A stretch of DNA of 64,000 bases from Chamaesiphon sp. (GTDB taxonomy: Bacteria; Cyanobacteriota; Cyanobacteriia; Cyanobacteriales; Chamaesiphonaceae), in contig CBDFFH010000034.1 of assembly GCA_965246715.1 (NCBI GenBank), positions 92,316 through 156,315 on the forward strand, written 5' to 3'. Within the stretch, counting starts at the first letter, position 1. Each line of letters starts with the position of its first letter. A program made the translations under genes and the position numbers. Below are positions 53,573 to 63,893 of the stretch, in pieces. The notes beneath the pieces are model-generated. The model saw only the letters and a program-made list of their open reading frames with translations, was not told the DNA's origin and ran no database searches.

Positions 53573-55108
53573 ATGTCCAACTCATCTCCGGCAAAAGTTA
53601 TTGTCATCGGTGCGGGTATCGGCGGCTTGACAGCGGGTGCATTGCTAGCAAAACGGGGATATGAAGTCAAGATTTTCGACCGAGCGATCGTGCCTGGGGG
53701 CTGTGCCTCTACCTTCAAACGCCAAGGCTTTACCTTCGATGTCGGTGCGACACAAGTAGCCGGATTAGAACCGGGGGGCATCCATCATCGTATCTTCACG
53801 GAGTTAGAAATCGAGCTACCCGCAGCAACCCCATGCGATCCGGCTTGTGCGGTATTTTTACCAGGAGAAACCACGCCGATTAATGTTTGGCGAGATCCCG
53901 TACGTTGGCAAGTCGAACGCCAGCAGCAATTTCCAGGGAGCGAACCCTTTTGGCAGTTTTTCCAGCAACTATTTAACGCCAGTTGGGAATTTCAGAGCCG
54001 CGATCCGATTTTACCGCCGCGCAATCTGTGGGATGTGGGGCAACTCGTCGGTGCTTTGCGGCTGGGGACGCTGATTACGGTACCGTTTACGCTAGCTACC
54101 GTCGGCGACGCGTTGAAGTGGTTCGGCTTGAGTCAGGATCGGCGATTACAGACATTTCTCGATTTGCAATTAAAGCTCTACTCCCAAGTTACCGCAGCAG
54201 AGACAGCATTATTATATGCAGCAACGGCGTTAGGCGTGTCGCAAACGCCCCAGGGACTGTATCACCTTCAAGGATCGATGCAGGTGTTGAGCGATCGCTT
54301 GGTGGCATCGCTAGAGCGCGATGGTGGTAAATTATTAATGCGGCATACCGTTACATCGATCGTCTGTGACGATACTGGTGCCACTGGAGTAACGCTCTGC
54401 GATCGCAAAACAGGCGCAACTTGGACGGAAACCGCCGATGAAGTGGTGGCAAATGTCACCGCCCAGGATTTAGTGAGATTGCTTGGCGATGCTGCTCCAA
54501 AGTCCAATTTTGTGCCGCCATTATCGCTGTCTGGCTTGCGATCGCGTGTCGAGAAGTTGCCGCCTGCTTCTGGAGCGTTTGTGGTTTATTTGGGTGTAAA
54601 AGACGCGGCAATTCCGGCTGGATGTCCGCCGCATCTGCAATTTCTCTACGACTATGACGGGATTATCGGCGAAAATAATTCATTGTTTGTCTCTGTCAGT
54701 CACCCCGGTGACGGACGCGCCCCATCAGGTTGCGCGACGATTATTGCCTCATCATTTGTCGATGCCAGTAAATGGTACGGTGAGGGGGTAGATTATGCAG
54801 CGATGAAAGCTGAATATACGCAGGTGGCGATCGCCAAATTAGGCGAGTATTTCGATCTTGCCCCCGCACAGATTATCATCACCGAAGCGGGTACTCCACG
54901 TACCTTCGAGCATTATACGGCACGAGATCGGGGTATCGTCGGCGGCATCGGTCAACGGGTATCGACATTCGGACCATTTGGGTTGGCGACGCGGACACCT
55001 ATTGCCAATTTATGGCTGGTAGGCGATTCTACACATCCCGGTGAAGGTACGGCTGGAGTTAGTTATTCAGCGTTAACTGTCGTCAGACAGATCGAGCAGC
55101 AAGCCTAA
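53573..55108 (+). CDS. crtD: carotenoid C-3',4' desaturase CrtD
   Basis: GAGIGGL FAD motif; FDVGATQVAG; GDSTHPGEGTAGV. Confidence 0.88.
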   Translation: MSNSSPAKVIVIGAGIGGLTAGALLAKRGYEVKIFDRAIVPGGCASTFKRQGFTFDVGATQVAGLEPGGIHHRIFTELEIELPAATPCDPACAVFLPGETTPINVWRDPVRWQVERQQQFPGSEPFWQFFQQLFNASWEFQSRDPILPPRNLWDVGQLVGALRLGTLITVPFTLATVGDALKWFGLSQDRRLQTFLDLQLKLYSQVTAAETALLYAATALGVSQTPQGLYHLQGSMQVLSDRLVASLERDGGKLLMRHTVTSIVCDDTGATGVTLCDRKTGATWTETADEVVANVTAQDLVRLLGDAAPKSNFVPPLSLSGLRSRVEKLPPASGAFVVYLGVKDAAIPAGCPPHLQFLYDYDGIIGENNSLFVSVSHPGDGRAPSGCATIIASSFVDASKWYGEGVDYAAMKAEYTQVAIAKLGEYFDLAPAQIIITEAGTPRTFEHYTARDRGIVGGIGQRVSTFGPFGLATRTPIANLWLVGDSTHPGEGTAGVSYSALTVVRQIEQQA

Positions 55109-55190
55109 GCGCGATTCGTGCCACCAATCGATCGAGTCTCCCGAAGATCCCGGGTTATTCCTCTCCCCTGCTTGGTATTATTTAGGAGCT

Positions 55191-55257
55191 GTAGGGGTAG
55201 GTTTATGCAAGTATACTGCGATATTTACAAGTAATCTGCAAACAAAACCTCCCCTCC
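55191..55257 (+). repeat. distal REP-like copy related to the RAYT-flanking REPs
   Basis: GTAGGGGTAGGTTTATGC...AAAACCTCCCCTCC. Confidence 0.6.
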
Positions 55258-55412
55258 TGACTTCGCCAACTCGAACAGAAAGTGATAGCATCAGATCCGA
55301 TCGTGTACTTCGTAACCGAAGTAATAAAATTCCCGTAACTAGCTACTCCAAATTTATTCGCCAGCCTTCCTCAATCGGCATTCACAATTTATAATCCATC
55401 AATTCAGTTCAG

Positions 55413-57203
55413 ATGCCCAATAAAATGCCCGATCGGAAGTCAAAATTTGTATCCGTCTCAGCCAAGCACAAGCAACGACGCAGAATCGTTGCTACGGCTG
55501 GAGCCGCGACGCTGATAGCTGCGGTTGCCGCGATCGGGATTTGGAAACTAATCCCTGGCAACTCCGGTAGCTTGGATACCAGTAATGGTGTCAGTTTGTT
55601 ACCTCAAGATACATTTCTCTCGATCGCAATTGCTACAGATGCCGAGCGGTGGCAGAAATTAACCGAATTTGGTGTACCCGAAAGTCGTGGTGTATTCGAA
55701 CGTCAATTAACCAAATTGCAGACCGATTTTTTGACTAACTACGGCTACGATTATCGCCGCGATCTCCAACCTTGGATCGGCAAGCAAATCTTGATCGGTT
55801 ATTTAGATAATCCTACGGCTACACCAGATAAATCTGGGAATGGGAGAATTCCCCACCAGCAAACGATCGTCATTTTACCGATCGCCGAGCGCAATGCTGC
55901 CAATAAAGCGATCGAACAGCATCAAATTCCAGTCGATGCCAATTTAGTCCAAAGTAACTACAAAGGGGTTGCCATTCGGGAAATCAAGCGGACTGCGGGC
56001 ACGATGGCCGTCGCGATCTTAGATAATTTCGTGGCAATTGCGAGCGATCGCCAAGCATTACAACGAGTCATCGATACCCAACAGGGCGGCAAATCGCTAC
56101 TCGCAGTGCCAGGTTATACCAAGGCGCTCAAGGAAATCGAAATCGATCGACCTTTTGCACAAGTATATGTCAATATTCCCGTCGCTACCGCAGTGGCTGC
56201 GGCTAATTCCCCGCAAACATTAGCTGCCGATAAACTAGCCCAAGCCCAAATTCAACAGGGAATCGCTGCTAATGCCACCTTAGACACCGAAGGGATTGCT
56301 TGGAAAGGTATTTCCTGGCTCAAACCGAGTACCAAGCAAAAATTGGTTGTCGAAAATCAAGGCCAAAATTTTGCCAGCAATCTCCCCGCAAATACCTTGG
56401 TGATGATAACGGGTGGCAACCTACAACGACTGTGGCAAGACTATGTTCGCAGTGCCGATACCAATCCGGTGGCACCATTCAAACCCCAAGATCTCGTCAA
56501 AAATCTCGATAACTTCACCGGACTAGACTTAAATTCAGAGATCCTCCCTTGGTGTAAAGGGGCGTTTGGCGTAGCAATAATTCCCAAACCCGATCGCGTC
56601 GATACCGACTTTAGTGCGGGATTGGTATGGATGCAGCAAGTTACAGATCGCGCTGTCGCCGAAAAGGCATTTGCGCGGTTAGATACGACGATGAATAAGC
56701 AGCAAGCTTTTAAAGTCGAGAAAGCCAAAGTGGCAGGTAAAGATGTCATCAATTGGTCGTCGCCACTGGGTGTTACCGCTGCTACCCACGGCTGGCTGGA
56801 TGGAGATCGGGCGTTTTTGACACTAGGCGCGCCTGTCGCTAGTGCGTCGATCTCTCCACAGCAAAAGTTGTCAGATACCGCCCTCTTTCAACAATCGACT
56901 CGATCGAGTTTAAACCCACATAACGGTCAATTTTTTATCGATATCGATCGATCGATTAATGCCGGAAATCTACCATTACCTTATTTAGCCCCAGAAGTAG
57001 CTGCAACATTTAAAGCCGTGCGAAGTTTGGGCGTGACTAGCGCAATCTTAGATGAATCTAGTAATCGGTTCGATCTGTTTGTCGCACTCAAAAAAGTACC
57101 TGGAGTTACGAAACTTCCTGCCAAAACCAAACCAATAACATCGATAACACCATCGCCCAAACCGATTAAGTCACCCAGCGCTAGTTCTAAGCCGGCACTG
57201 TAA
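55413..57203 (+). CDS. DUF3352 domain protein (second paralog)
   Basis: TM anchor; FGVP; DLQPWIG; YKGV. Confidence 0.85.
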   Translation: MPNKMPDRKSKFVSVSAKHKQRRRIVATAGAATLIAAVAAIGIWKLIPGNSGSLDTSNGVSLLPQDTFLSIAIATDAERWQKLTEFGVPESRGVFERQLTKLQTDFLTNYGYDYRRDLQPWIGKQILIGYLDNPTATPDKSGNGRIPHQQTIVILPIAERNAANKAIEQHQIPVDANLVQSNYKGVAIREIKRTAGTMAVAILDNFVAIASDRQALQRVIDTQQGGKSLLAVPGYTKALKEIEIDRPFAQVYVNIPVATAVAAANSPQTLAADKLAQAQIQQGIAANATLDTEGIAWKGISWLKPSTKQKLVVENQGQNFASNLPANTLVMITGGNLQRLWQDYVRSADTNPVAPFKPQDLVKNLDNFTGLDLNSEILPWCKGAFGVAIIPKPDRVDTDFSAGLVWMQQVTDRAVAEKAFARLDTTMNKQQAFKVEKAKVAGKDVINWSSPLGVTAATHGWLDGDRAFLTLGAPVASASISPQQKLSDTALFQQSTRSSLNPHNGQFFIDIDRSINAGNLPLPYLAPEVAATFKAVRSLGVTSAILDESSNRFDLFVALKKVPGVTKLPAKTKPITSITPSPKPIKSPSASSKPAL

Positions 57204-57228
57204 GATCGGATCGTCCAGCAGTTGTGAC

Positions 57229-57459
57229 TCAAGCGCAAATTCCCACTTGTTTGACAACCTGCGTGAGATCGTACCAGAGATGCTCGATCTGCTGGTAGGA
57301 TTCTTGGGGGGTAAGCTTACCTGCTGTTTCTAGGCTACAAATAAAGCTGACTTTCTGATTGAATGCTTGCAAGCGATCGTTAAAGATGAGATTTTCGGGG
57401 TTAGTCGGGCCGTGGTAAGAATTGTTTTGATATAGTAATGAGTCGAGTTGTCTGTACAT
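57229..57459 (-). CDS. conserved small cyanobacterial protein
   Basis: PENLIFN..LQ.F.QKV..IC.LETAGK pattern; GAGG RBS. Confidence 0.8.
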   Translation of the reverse strand: MYRQLDSLLYQNNSYHGPTNPENLIFNDRLQAFNQKVSFICSLETAGKLTPQESYQQIEHLWYDLTQVVKQVGICA

Positions 57460-57874
57460 GGATATTGCCTCATGTTGTCTATACTATAACTACACGAGAG
57501 TAGCGCTATTTACGCAAGCCTCCCGGCATAAATAACAAATATTTCATGAAATTGTCAGTCAGCCGCGATCGTCATCGGGCGCAAACCAGTTATCCGTGTA
57601 GCGGATGCCCGATCGGTATTGGGTACAATTACGAGCTTCATTTATCCTCACAACAGACACAAAGCAATTGCGGAGGTCTAAGGTAGCCTTGAGGTGCGAT
57701 CGTAGGGAGGGGGTAGATCGATAGTCGATGGACCACACTGTTGTAAACACGCTCCTATTTGTCTTTATTCATCTGTGCGATCGTGAAGGCGATCGTCCAA
57801 AATGCGCTTAAAATTGAGAATACTAGTTTAGGACTAGATTTGGGCATAGTAGTGTAAAAGCAGTTGGCAAAAAG

Positions 57875-58863
57875 ATGTTTTTACAAAATTTAGCGGCAGA
57901 ATTTACCGGACAGGTATTACGCGATCGCTATCGCATCGAGCGACAATTGGGACAGAAAACTGGAAGAAAAACTTTTCTAGCTTTCGATCTCCAAACCGAA
58001 CTGCCCGTCGTTATCAAACTGCTGCTATTTAACGTCAGTTCGGGATAAGGAAAATTGATTTGCTCCGCTTAAGCACCGCCCTGAACTGGAAGTGTCTCGT
58101 TCCGAGAGGCTACGCCAACGGGCTAATAACTCAAGTTCTCTGAGGAGAACTGCCGAATTGATTAGTTCGTTTTAACGAACTTTTGCTATGAGCAACTAAT
58201 TCATTTGAGGGCGGTCTGGAAACGAAGCGAGGAGTCATCGAGCGGCAATCCTTATCCCGAACTGACGTTATTTAATAACGAGTTTGTCTGGGACGATCTC
58301 AAGCTATTCGAGCGCGAAGCTGAAACCCTCAAACATCTCGATCTGCCAGCCATTCCCCGCTACCTCGATTATTTTGAATTCGATCTGCCCACTCTCAAAG
58401 GTTTTGCCCTAGTGCAAACCTATATCAACGCGCTATCCCTAGAAGAAGTGGTGCAGTCGGGACGAAAATTTACCGAAAGCGAACTCCAGCAATTAGCCAC
58501 TGCCTTACTCGATATTCTCGACTATTTACACTCGCTTCAACCCCCCGTCATCCATCGCGATCTCAAACCTAGTAATATTCTCCTGTCTAACCGTTCCGGT
58601 AATAGTATCGGCGATGTGTATCTCGTCGATTTTGGTTCTGTCCAAAATGTAGCGCTCCAGGCACCTCTAGATCGAATATAAAACAGCTCCAAGTGTATTC
58701 GGTCGTTCGGCAAAAGGGCACGAGAAAAACAAGTGCAGTTAAAGAAATCGCTATTGCTGCGGGAGCAAGAGAATATAGATTTTTCACCTATAGTGAAGCT
58801 GAAACGGAATGGATACTTGCCGAACTGAGCGAGTGGCTAAAGATACCGATAATTTATAAATGA
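57875..58863 (+). pseudogene. Ser/Thr protein kinase pseudogene
   Basis: N-lobe (YRIERQLG...VVIKLLLF) interrupted by a MITE; HRDLKPSN/DFG segment ends at 58681 without APE; C-terminal remnant in another frame to 58863. Confidence 0.88.
58032..58268. mobile_element. 237-bp MITE (AC...GT ends, IS982-like)
   Basis: Perfect 20-bp TIRs ACGTCAGTTCGGGATAAGGA; TATTTA target duplication at 58026-58031 and 58269-58274. Confidence 0.9.
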
Positions 58864-58963
58864 ATCGAGAGATTTATTAAATACACCGCACTTGAGTAAA
58901 TTTTCCTTTAGGTTGCACTCTTCTCAACCTAATGCTTACCAATAGATCGATCTCAATTTATCT

Positions 58964-60086
58964 TCATTCAATATCTTTTACCATCTGATTTTCCTGACGG
59001 AGATAGGATTCGATAAATTCATCGATTTCGCCGTTCATCACATCGGTAACTGCCGTTGTTTCGACATTCGTTCGCAGATCTTTCACCATTTGATATGGAT
59101 GGAATACATAGTTACGAATTTGCATCCCCCAAGCAGCTTCGACCATATCGCCACGAATTTCAGCGATTTCTTTGGTCTTTTGTTCTTGCGCGATAATTAG
59201 TAACTTCGCCTTGAGAATGACTAAAGCTTTCTCTTTATTTTGCAGTTGACTGCGCTCTTGCGTACAGCGTACGGCAACCCCTGTAGGCTTGTGGACGATG
59301 CGCACGGCGGTTTCGACTTTGTTAACGTTTTGTCCGCCTTTACCACCCGCGCGGGTAGTCGTAATTTCTAAATCTGAGTCGGGAATATCCAGATGAACGG
59401 TATTATCGATCAGTGGCATGACTTCCACTCCAGCAAAACTAGTTTGCCGTTTGTCATTGGCGTTAAAGGGGGAAATTCTCACCAACCGATGGGTGCCTTT
59501 TTCACTTCTGAGATAGCCGTAGGCGTACTTGCCTTCAATTTCCAAGGTGGCTGATTTTAATCCAGCTTCTTCTCCTTCGGAGATTTCGGCAAGTTGGACT
59601 TTGAAATTGCGAGCCTCCGCCCAACGGGTATACATCCGCAGGAGCATTTCAGCCCAGTCCTGGGCATCTGTTCCCCCAGCACCCGCATTGATTGTAAGTA
59701 CTGCTCCCTTCGCATCGTATGTCCCTGATAATAATCTTTCTAGTTCCCATCGATCGAGTTCTAACCCAACCTGGGAAAGGTTTTGTTGGGCTTCTCTAAA
59801 CAAAGCCTCATCTGGCTCCATTTCCATCAATTCCAGCGCGGTTTGAGCATCAGCTACGCTCGTCTGCCACCGCTGAAATTGTTCTAAGTACGACTTGTAC
59901 TCATTGAGTTCTTGCATGGCGGCTTGCGCCACAGTTTGGTCTTCCCAAAACTCCGGCTGAGCAGCTACTTGTTCTAAATCTTGAATTTTGGCTGTCAGTG
60001 CAGGAACGTCAAAGATACTCCTGGGTTTTCCCCAGGCGATCGTTTAATACACCAATTTCGCGTTTAATATCTACGAGGTCGAGCAT
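58964..60086 (-). CDS. prfB: peptide chain release factor 2 (programmed +1 frameshift)
   Basis: SPF and GGQ motifs; 25-codon first frame ends AGGAG-TAT-CTT-TGA-C at 60022-60008. Confidence 0.97.
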
Positions 60087-60091
60087 TATTT

Positions 60092-60130
60092 AGTGAACAG
60101 TGAACAGTGAACAGTGAACAGTGAACAGTG
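60092..60130. repeat. heptamer tandem repeat (AGTGAAC)x5.5, STRR-like
   Basis: Direct reading; runs into hairpin GAACAGTGCGCTA/TAGCGCACTGTTC (60123-60152). Confidence 0.9.
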
Positions 60131-60217
60131 CGCTATTTGTAGCGCACTGTTCTATAAATTCCCCTCCTTGGAGGGGGCAGGGGGTGGGTTTCGGATTCGG
60201 GGTGGGTTCCGACATCC

Positions 60218-60514
60218 CTACATGTTGTGGGCGTAGTCTTGCAGAATATCCATCATCCGCGCTTGAACGGTGACGGGAATCAGATTGATGAGGGGCATTT
60301 TTTGTCTGCCGCCGCCGAGATCGATCGAAATACCAGTCAAAATCTCCGTCAATTTATCGCCTGTCAAACCGCTAGTGAGTAAGGGTAAGACCTGCTCTGC
60401 AACGGTAGTGTGCAACTTAGCATCCTTGAGATAAAGGTGCCATTTGGCTATGTCAAGATAGACTTTATCGCCGATTTCGGCTGCGAGATCTTCAATTTGT
60501 TGATTGCTAGCCAT
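60218..60514 (-). CDS. DUF3181 family protein
   Basis: LAAEIG..VYLDIAKWHLYL.DAKL and LGGG motifs. Confidence 0.85.
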   Translation of the reverse strand: MASNQQIEDLAAEIGDKVYLDIAKWHLYLKDAKLHTTVAEQVLPLLTSGLTGDKLTEILTGISIDLGGGRQKMPLINLIPVTVQARMMDILQDYAHNM

Positions 60515-60758
60515 TAGATTTAGGGGAATAATTGGCAATTTTGAAGACGTATAAGTAATGCACGAGGACGACTGATGCCCAGATCGCTGTCATGCCTACT
60601 GCCCAACTCCAATTCGCTCGGAGCAAGATGTTAACAAACCACATCCCAGAGTTAATCGAAGAAAACACAGCAACATGGGCAGCAAAAGTCCAGATATCAT
60701 CTAGTCTACGATATTCAGGATCGCGGCGATCGGGTTCGCGAGGCCAACGGGGAGGCAT
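60507..60758 (-). CDS. 2TM domain protein
   Basis: MPPRWPREPDR..DPEYRRLDD start; two TM helices. Confidence 0.82.
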   Translation of the reverse strand: MPPRWPREPDRRDPEYRRLDDIWTFAAHVAVFSSINSGMWFVNILLRANWSWAVGMTAIWASVVLVHYLYVFKIANYSPKSNG

Positions 60759-60956
60759 AGAAATTATAAATTATAAATTACTTGTACCGAGCGTAGTCGA
60801 AGGATGAGTTATGAATTTTGGCGGATGGACATTGCCCTCGATCGAGCTTTGCAATTGCGCTGACCTCCAAAATATTGGTGTTACCTTACCAATAATAAAG
60901 AGAGGGCTTGACCCTCTCTTTTATTATGTATTATTTAGCCACGAACGATCGACAGC

Positions 60957-61982
60957 TTACGATACCGCAGTCTCTTCAACTACATCTTCTTCGATTGCCG
61001 ACGGAATTTCTTCTTCCTCAACGACATCAACGGTTTCTTCAACTGCGGGGGGAATTTCGATCGATTCTAGCGGTTGACCGGAAGCTTTAGCTAGCAACAT
61101 CTCACGGTATTTAGCGGCCATTTCATCGGCCATTTCATACACGCGATCGCGATTTTTGATCATGTCACCAGGTTCTGGCTCCAACTGTTTGGTCGAGAGC
61201 GAGATCCGGCCGCGCTCTGCATCGAGGTCGATGATCATCACCTTGACTTCATCGTTAACACCGAACACGCTATGCGGTGTATCGATGTGGTCGTGCGAAA
61301 TCTCGGAGATGTGGAGCAGTCCGCTGACACCGCCGATGTCGATAAACGCACCGTAAGGTTTGATGCCGCGTACCGAACCGATCACGACTTCGCCGACTTC
61401 GAGACGATTCATCTTCCGTTCGACCAGCGCCCGACGGTGGCTGAGGACGAGACGGTTGCGATCTTCGTCTACTTCGAGGAACTTGAGCGGCAGTTCTTCG
61501 TTGACTAATTCTTCTTTGGCTTTGCGGGTGCTGATGTGCGAACCAGGGATAAAGCCGCGTAGTCCTTCAATGCGGACGAGCGCACCACCACGGTTGGTCG
61601 CAAATACTTGAGAACGAACGGTAGCGTCTTCTGCTTGAAGTTGGCGCACGCGTTCCCATGCTCGCATGTACTCGATCCGCCGGATGGAGAGGGTAAGTTG
61701 CCCATCTTCATTCTCATCGGTGAGGATAAAAAATTCGCGCGTCTCGTTAGATTGCAGTACTTCTTCAGGTGCATCTACACGGTTGATCGACATTTCCTGA
61801 ATCGGAATGTAGGCAGCGGTTTTCGCGCCAATGTCAATCAGAGCACCCCTTGGTTCCAGACTGAATACGGTACCAGCAACGACATCGCCAGGGCTAAAGT
61901 GGTAATCGTATTTATCTAGTAATGCTGCGAAATCGTCGAGGGTGAAGCCGATGTCTGTTGAGGTTGTTTTCTGACTGACCAT
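60957..61982 (-). CDS. rpsA: 30S ribosomal protein S1
   Basis: Three S1 domains (GALIDIG, GFIPGSH, GLLHISEIS). Confidence 0.96.
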   Translation of the reverse strand: MVSQKTTSTDIGFTLDDFAALLDKYDYHFSPGDVVAGTVFSLEPRGALIDIGAKTAAYIPIQEMSINRVDAPEEVLQSNETREFFILTDENEDGQLTLSIRRIEYMRAWERVRQLQAEDATVRSQVFATNRGGALVRIEGLRGFIPGSHISTRKAKEELVNEELPLKFLEVDEDRNRLVLSHRRALVERKMNRLEVGEVVIGSVRGIKPYGAFIDIGGVSGLLHISEISHDHIDTPHSVFGVNDEVKVMIIDLDAERGRISLSTKQLEPEPGDMIKNRDRVYEMADEMAAKYREMLLAKASGQPLESIEIPPAVEETVDVVEEEEIPSAIEEDVVEETAVS

Positions 61983-62380
61983 GCAATAATTATCCTAGGG
62001 TGTACTCTTGCGAAATTACGTTCTTTGCCTCCTGCCGATGTACGCGCACGTTGACTAAATTAAATCAGCTTACTAATGTGTCGCTTACACCTACATATCG
62101 CTATCGATCTCCTCTGGAGACTGTGAATAGTTTATATTTAGAGTCCAAACATCACATTATAGCATTCGATCGAGCTAGTGTGTACCCAAATCCAATCCAG
62201 AACTTACGGTACCGGCGATCGAATCTGTGAAAGAATTCAGCATAGATCCAGCGATCGAGCTTTGGTGACAATATTTTAGAATTATTTGAACCGATCGAGA
62301 CTGTCAACTCATCTCGATCGCTCGGAGCAGTACTAGCAAAAACGCGACGATCGTGTTAAGATTCAAAAGTCTGTAATTAA

Positions 62381-62453
62381 GGGCACGTGGCTCAGTGGAT
62401 AGAGCATCAGGTTCCGGTCCTGAGGATCGGGGGTTCGAATCCCTCCGTGCTCA
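62381..62453 (+). tRNA. trnR: tRNA-Arg (CCG)
   Basis: Cloverleaf: anticodon stem TCAGG-TTCCGGT-CCTGA, GGTTCGAATCC T-arm, acceptor GGGCACG/CGTGCTC; CCA not encoded. Confidence 0.95.
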
Positions 62454-62460
62454 TTAGTGT

Positions 62461-62498
62461 AAAAGCAGCAAAAACATTATTTGTTTTTGCTGCTTTTT
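62461..62498. terminator. bidirectional terminator
   Basis: AAAAGCAGCAAAAACA...TGTTTTTGCTGCTTTTT between the tRNA and grxC. Confidence 0.75.
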
Positions 62499-62515
62499 GG
62501 TTTGGAACCGCTCGA

Positions 62516-62779
62516 TCAGGCAATACTTAAAATTTCATCTAGCTTACCTTCATCCTCTAACTCATAAATATCGTCACAGCCGCCAATATGTCGATCGTCG
62601 ATAAAGATTTGGGGAACAGAGCGTCTACCACCAGCTCTCTGTGCCATTTTAGATCGTGCTGGCTCGTCACCATCGACTGAGTATTCAGTAAACTCAACAC
62701 CCTTACGTTTGAGTAATGCTTTAGCGCGGATACAGAATGGACAACTTTGCCAGGTATAGATTTCGATATTCGGTTGCAT
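62516..62779 (-). CDS. grxC: glutaredoxin 3
   Basis: CPFC, SVPQIFI and GGCDD motifs; ATG 62779. Confidence 0.93.
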   Translation of the reverse strand: MQPNIEIYTWQSCPFCIRAKALLKRKGVEFTEYSVDGDEPARSKMAQRAGGRRSVPQIFIDDRHIGGCDDIYELEDEGKLDEILSIA

Positions 62780-62990
62780 AGAAAGTCTTCGCTGATTTAT
62801 TTTTATTTTACTCGCAATTGCTGTCAACGAAAATCAGACCGCATCCAGCACGCTCTAGCTGGAAGACGAGCTTCTAATAGTTCACGTAAAATTATGTCAA
62901 CTAGCATCGTGCCTCCGCGCGAAACCGACTATGATACTTACGCATATTTTCAGCCTGAGGCTGAAGTCAGGGGCTATTTGTAGGTAAATC

Positions 62991-63893
62991 ATGGGACTAG
63001 TCATTGCTACTGTCAATATGAAAGGCGGTGTCGGTAAAACCACCCTCACCGTTAATTTAGCGGCTTGTCTGGCGAAGCTGCACGGCAAACGGGTACTGGT
63101 GGTAGATCTCGATACCCAAATCAGTGCGACGCTGAGTATGGTTACACCTCAAGACTTTGCCAGAATTCGGCGGGAGAAAAAGACAGTTAGTTATTCGATC
63201 GCGAAAGTCCTCAAACCGAGCAATCGCTACAAATTTGAAACCAGAGATTTAATTACGCCAGATGTCTGTTGGGTCAAAGGATTGGACTTATTGGCTGGGG
63301 ATATCGATATTTATGATGAGTATTTAGTTTCTGAAAAGCTGCATGAAGAGGCAAGTAGCAATCCCGATTTAGATTTTATCGATGCTTGGAATGGCTTTGA
63401 AGGTGCATTGATTAAGGATATCTTAGCTCCCGTAATCGATGAATATGATTTTATTATTCTCGATTGCGCTCCCGGTTACAATCTGTTGACTCGCAGCGGC
63501 ATTATGGCAAGTCAGTTTTATATCATGCCCGCTCGCCCCGAACCGCTATCTTTGGTGGGGATGCAATTACTAGAACGGCGAATTGCCAAGCTGCGCGAAG
63601 CCCACGAACAGGATAAAAACTGCTTGGAAAGTAGTTTGCTAGGGATCGTATTTATTTTGTCGGGGAGTTCGTTATTTGCGCGGTATTACGATCGGGTAAT
63701 GGAAAGAGTCGCTCAAGATTTCAAGGAAAATCAAATCTTCCAAACTCGCATCCCGATGGATGTTAATGTTGCTAAAGCGATCGATAGTTTTCAGCCCGTC
63801 GTCCTCGACAATCCTAGCTCCGCTGGGTCTAAAGCTTTTGCCAAGCTCAGCCAGGAATTATTAACTAAAGTACAACAGTTGAGTGGTAGTTAA
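62991..63893 (+). CDS. ParA/Soj family ATPase
   Basis: KGGVGKTT, DLDTQ and DCAPG motifs. Confidence 0.9.
   Translation: MGLVIATVNMKGGVGKTTLTVNLAACLAKLHGKRVLVVDLDTQISATLSMVTPQDFARIRREKKTVSYSIAKVLKPSNRYKFETRDLITPDVCWVKGLDLLAGDIDIYDEYLVSEKLHEEASSNPDLDFIDAWNGFEGALIKDILAPVIDEYDFIILDCAPGYNLLTRSGIMASQFYIMPARPEPLSLVGMQLLERRIAKLREAHEQDKNCLESSLLGIVFILSGSSLFARYYDRVMERVAQDFKENQIFQTRIPMDVNVAKAIDSFQPVVLDNPSSAGSKAFAKLSQELLTKVQQLSGS

Noticed and set aside
57500..57513. GTA-N8-TAC possible NtcA site
   Set aside because: Low information content and no -10 box at the canonical 22-23-nt spacing
57559..57750. 63-aa minus-strand ORF or possible ncRNA in the intergenic gap
   Set aside because: No recognisable motif, promoter-terminator pair or family resemblance
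58205..58681. ORF-track 158-aa kinase-like ORF as an independent gene
   Set aside because: Its first ~21 codons come from the MITE; it is a pseudogene fragment
62381..62453. tRNA as an island integration site
   Set aside because: No integrase and no duplicated tRNA 3' end seen in the window
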